Shown here: piece after piece, positions 61,198 through 64,000 of the stretch
Layout of the letters: each line of letters starts with the position of its first letter
Position numbering within the stretch: the stretch's first letter is position 1
Origin: Eledone cirrhosa
Lineage: Eukaryota
Direction of reading: 5' to 3'
DNA: 64,000 nt
Assembly (NCBI GenBank): GCA_964016885.1
Contig: OZ024741.1
Coordinates: forward strand, 221,340,001-221,404,000
Program-made: the position numbers and the translations under genes
The notes under the pieces: model-generated
What the model was told of the DNA's origin: nothing
Seen by the model: only the letters and a program-made list of their open reading frames with translations
The model's database searches: none

Positions 61198-61339
61198 ATA
61201 TTAAGTTTGTTTGGTATATTAGATTTCTAAACTTTATCAAGCTTATGAAATGTATTCCAGGCTAGAGCTCTACGTATTATGTTGAACTATCGGCTTAGTT
61301 TGCTCTGGTATATGTAGAATTATCTACTGTTTATGTACA

Positions 61340-63290
61340 TGTATGTGTGTGTTTGTATGAGTATGTATGCGTTTGTATGAGTATGTATGTGTTTGTATGA
61401 GTATGTATGTGTTTGTGCGGGTATGTGTGTGTTTGTATGAGTATGTATGTGTTTGTATGAGTATGTATGTGTTTGTATGAGTATGTATGTGTTTGTGTGG
61501 GTATGTATGTGTTTGTATGAGTATGTATGCGTTTGTATGTGTTTGTGTGGGTATGTATGTGTTTGTATGAGTATGTATGTGTTTGTATGAGTATGTATGT
61601 GTTTGTATGAGTATGTATGTGTTTGTGTGGGTATGTATGTGTTTGTGTGGGTATGTATGTGTTTGTATGAGTATGTATGTGTTTGTATGAGTATGTATGT
61701 GTGTGTGTGGGTATGTATGTGTTTGTGTGGGTATGTATGTGTTTGTATGAGTATGTATGTGTTTGTATGAGTATGTATGTGTTTGTGTGGGTATGTATGT
61801 GTTTATATAAGTATGTATGTGTTTGTATGAGTATGTATGTGTTTGTGTGGGTATGTATGTGTTTGTGTGGGTGTGTATGTGTTTGTATGAGTATGTATGT
61901 GTTTGTATGAGTATGTATGTGTTTGTGTGGGTATGTATGTGTTTGTATGAGTATGTATGTGTTTGTATGAGTATGTATGTGTTTGTATGAGTATGTATGT
62001 GTTTGTATGAGTATGTATGTGTTTGTGTGGGTATGTATGTGTTTGTGTGGATATGTATGTGTTTGTATGAGTATGTATGAGTATGTATGTGTTTGTGTGG
62101 GTATGTATGTGTTTGTGTGGGTATGTATGTGTTTGTATGAGTATGTATGTGTTTGTGTGGGTATGTATGTGTTTGTGTGGGTGTGTATGTGTTTGTGTGG
62201 GTGTGTATGTGTTTGTATGAGTATGTATGTGTTTGTATGAGTATGTATGTGTTTGTATGAGTATGTATGTGTTTGTATGAGTTTGTATGTGTTTGTGTGG
62301 GTATGTATGTGTTTGTATGAGTATGTATGTGTTTGTGTGGGTATGTATGTGTTTGTATGAGTATGTATGTGTTTGTATGAGTATGTATGTTTGTATAAGT
62401 ATGTATGTGTTTGTATGAGTATGTATGTGTTTGTGTGGGTATGTATGTGTTTGTATGAGTATGTATGTGTTTGTATGAGTATGTATGTGTGTGTGTGGGT
62501 ATGTATGTGTTATTGTGGGTATGTATGTGTTTGTATGAGTATGTATGTGTTTGTATGAGTATGTATGTGTTTGTGTGGGTATGTATGTGTTTGTATAAGT
62601 ATGTATGTGTTTGTATGAGTATGTATGTGTTTGTGTGGGTATGTATGTGTTTGTGTGGGTGTGTATGTGTTTGTATGAGTATGTATGTGTTTGTATGAGT
62701 ATGTATGTGTTTGTGTGGGTATGTATGTGTTTGTATGAGTATGTATGTGTTTGTATGAGTATGTATGTGTTTGTATGAGTATGTATGCGTTTGTATGAGT
62801 ATGTATGTGTTTGTGTGGGTATGTATGTGTTTGTGTGGATATGTATGTGTTTGTATGAGTATGTATGTGTTTGTATGAGTATGTATGTGTTTGTGTGGGT
62901 ATGTATGTGTTTGTGTGGGTATGTATGTGTTTGTATGAGTATGTATGTGTTTGTGTGGGTATGTATGTGTTTGTGTGGGTGTGTATGTGTTTGTGTGGGT
63001 GTGTATGTGTTTGTATGAGTATGTATGTGTTTGTATGAGTATGTATGTGTTTGTATGAGTATGTATGTGTTTGTATGAGTTTGTATGTGTTTGTGTGGGT
63101 ATGTATGTGTTTGTATGAGTATGTATGTGTTTGTGTGGGTATGTATGTGTTTGTATGAGTATGTATGTGTTTGTATGAGTATGTATGTTTGTATAAGTAT
63201 GTATGTGTTTGTATGAATATGTATGTGTTTGTGTGGGTATGTATGTGTTTGTATGAGTATGTATGTGTTTGTATGAGTATGTATGTGTGA
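61340..63290. repeat. 20-bp minisatellite GTATGTATGTGTTTGT(ATGA/GTGG)
   Basis: Direct inspection. Confidence 0.93.
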
Positions 63291-64000
63291 GCTTGTGTGA
63301 GTGTGTTGTGTGTGTGTGTGTATGTGCGTGTTATTTTATCAATATTTCTAAATATATGGTATACAAATATGTTCATGTATACACACATGCACATACATAC
63401 ACATATGTATACATACATATATATATATATATACACACACAAACATAATAAAGTGAGAGGGTGAAAGTAAGGCAGTGAAAGAGAGGGAGTGGTAGAAGAA
63501 GGGTTAGAGAGGAAGAGAAAATGAAAGATAGTGATAGTGTAAAAGAGAGAAAGAGAGAGAGGGAGAGAGGGGGAGAGAAAGGGAAAGAGGGAGAGAGTAG
63601 GAGAGAGATGTAGAGGGAGAGAGAGGACAAAAAAGATGAGAAAGTAGTTAAGATGAAGAGATAGATAAACATACATACCTCTAGCAACATGTTAGTAATT
63701 CCATATTTGGTTAAAAGCCAAATATGTGTGTATGTATGTGTGCCTGTGTGTTGATGTATGTGTGTATGTGCATGTGTGTCTATGCATATGTGTTTGTATG
63801 TGTATATATGTGTATGTATATATGTGTATGTATATGGGTGTGTGCATGTGTATGTGTATAAATATATATATATATATATACATATATGTGTGTGTGTGCA
63901 TATGTGTGTATATGTATGCATGCATGTGTGTGGATGTGTATGTGTGTATATGTATATGTGTGCATACATGTGTGTGGATGTGTGGATGTGTGCATATGTG

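Noticed and set aside
61340-63995. 388-aa and other His/Thr/Tyr-rich ORFs
   Set aside because: Products of a 20-bp minisatellite and (TG/TA)n tracts.

Overview
AT-rich, repeat-saturated eukaryotic DNA. The repeat families (CORE-type tRNA-SINEs with RTE-derived parts, TTAA-CCCTTTAGCATT MITEs, long (TA)n/(CA)n/(CAT)n tracts) suggest a cephalopod, probably Octopus; this is inference. Only one host coding exon is recognisable: a 1128-bp phase 1-1 exon (34600-35727, +) encoding the C2 domain and the first half of the RhoGAP domain of a Syd-1/RhoGAP100F/SYDE-family protein. The rest looks intronic and contains RTE LINEs of three families, RTE-X-like and CR1-like fragments, two Penelope-like (Naiad-type, RT/GIY-YIG) remnants, an internally deleted Helitron, piggyBac-type MITEs, two SINE families and many minisatellites. 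Most other ORF-track entries are translations of microsatellites. The main hidden signal is a dense set of about 20 minimal type I hammerhead-ribozyme motifs (CUGANGA...GAAA...NUH) from several families. They sit in short non-coding fold-back elements inserted in (TA)n tracts, and two families are physically linked to the Penelope-like remnants. Notable details: one family has a conserved variant core (CAGAAGA), one motif has a ~115-nt stem II, fold-back junctions map onto ribozyme helices or cleavage sites, and unmasked near-intact motifs are antisense to the host gene. All structures were folded by eye; nothing was computed or searched.
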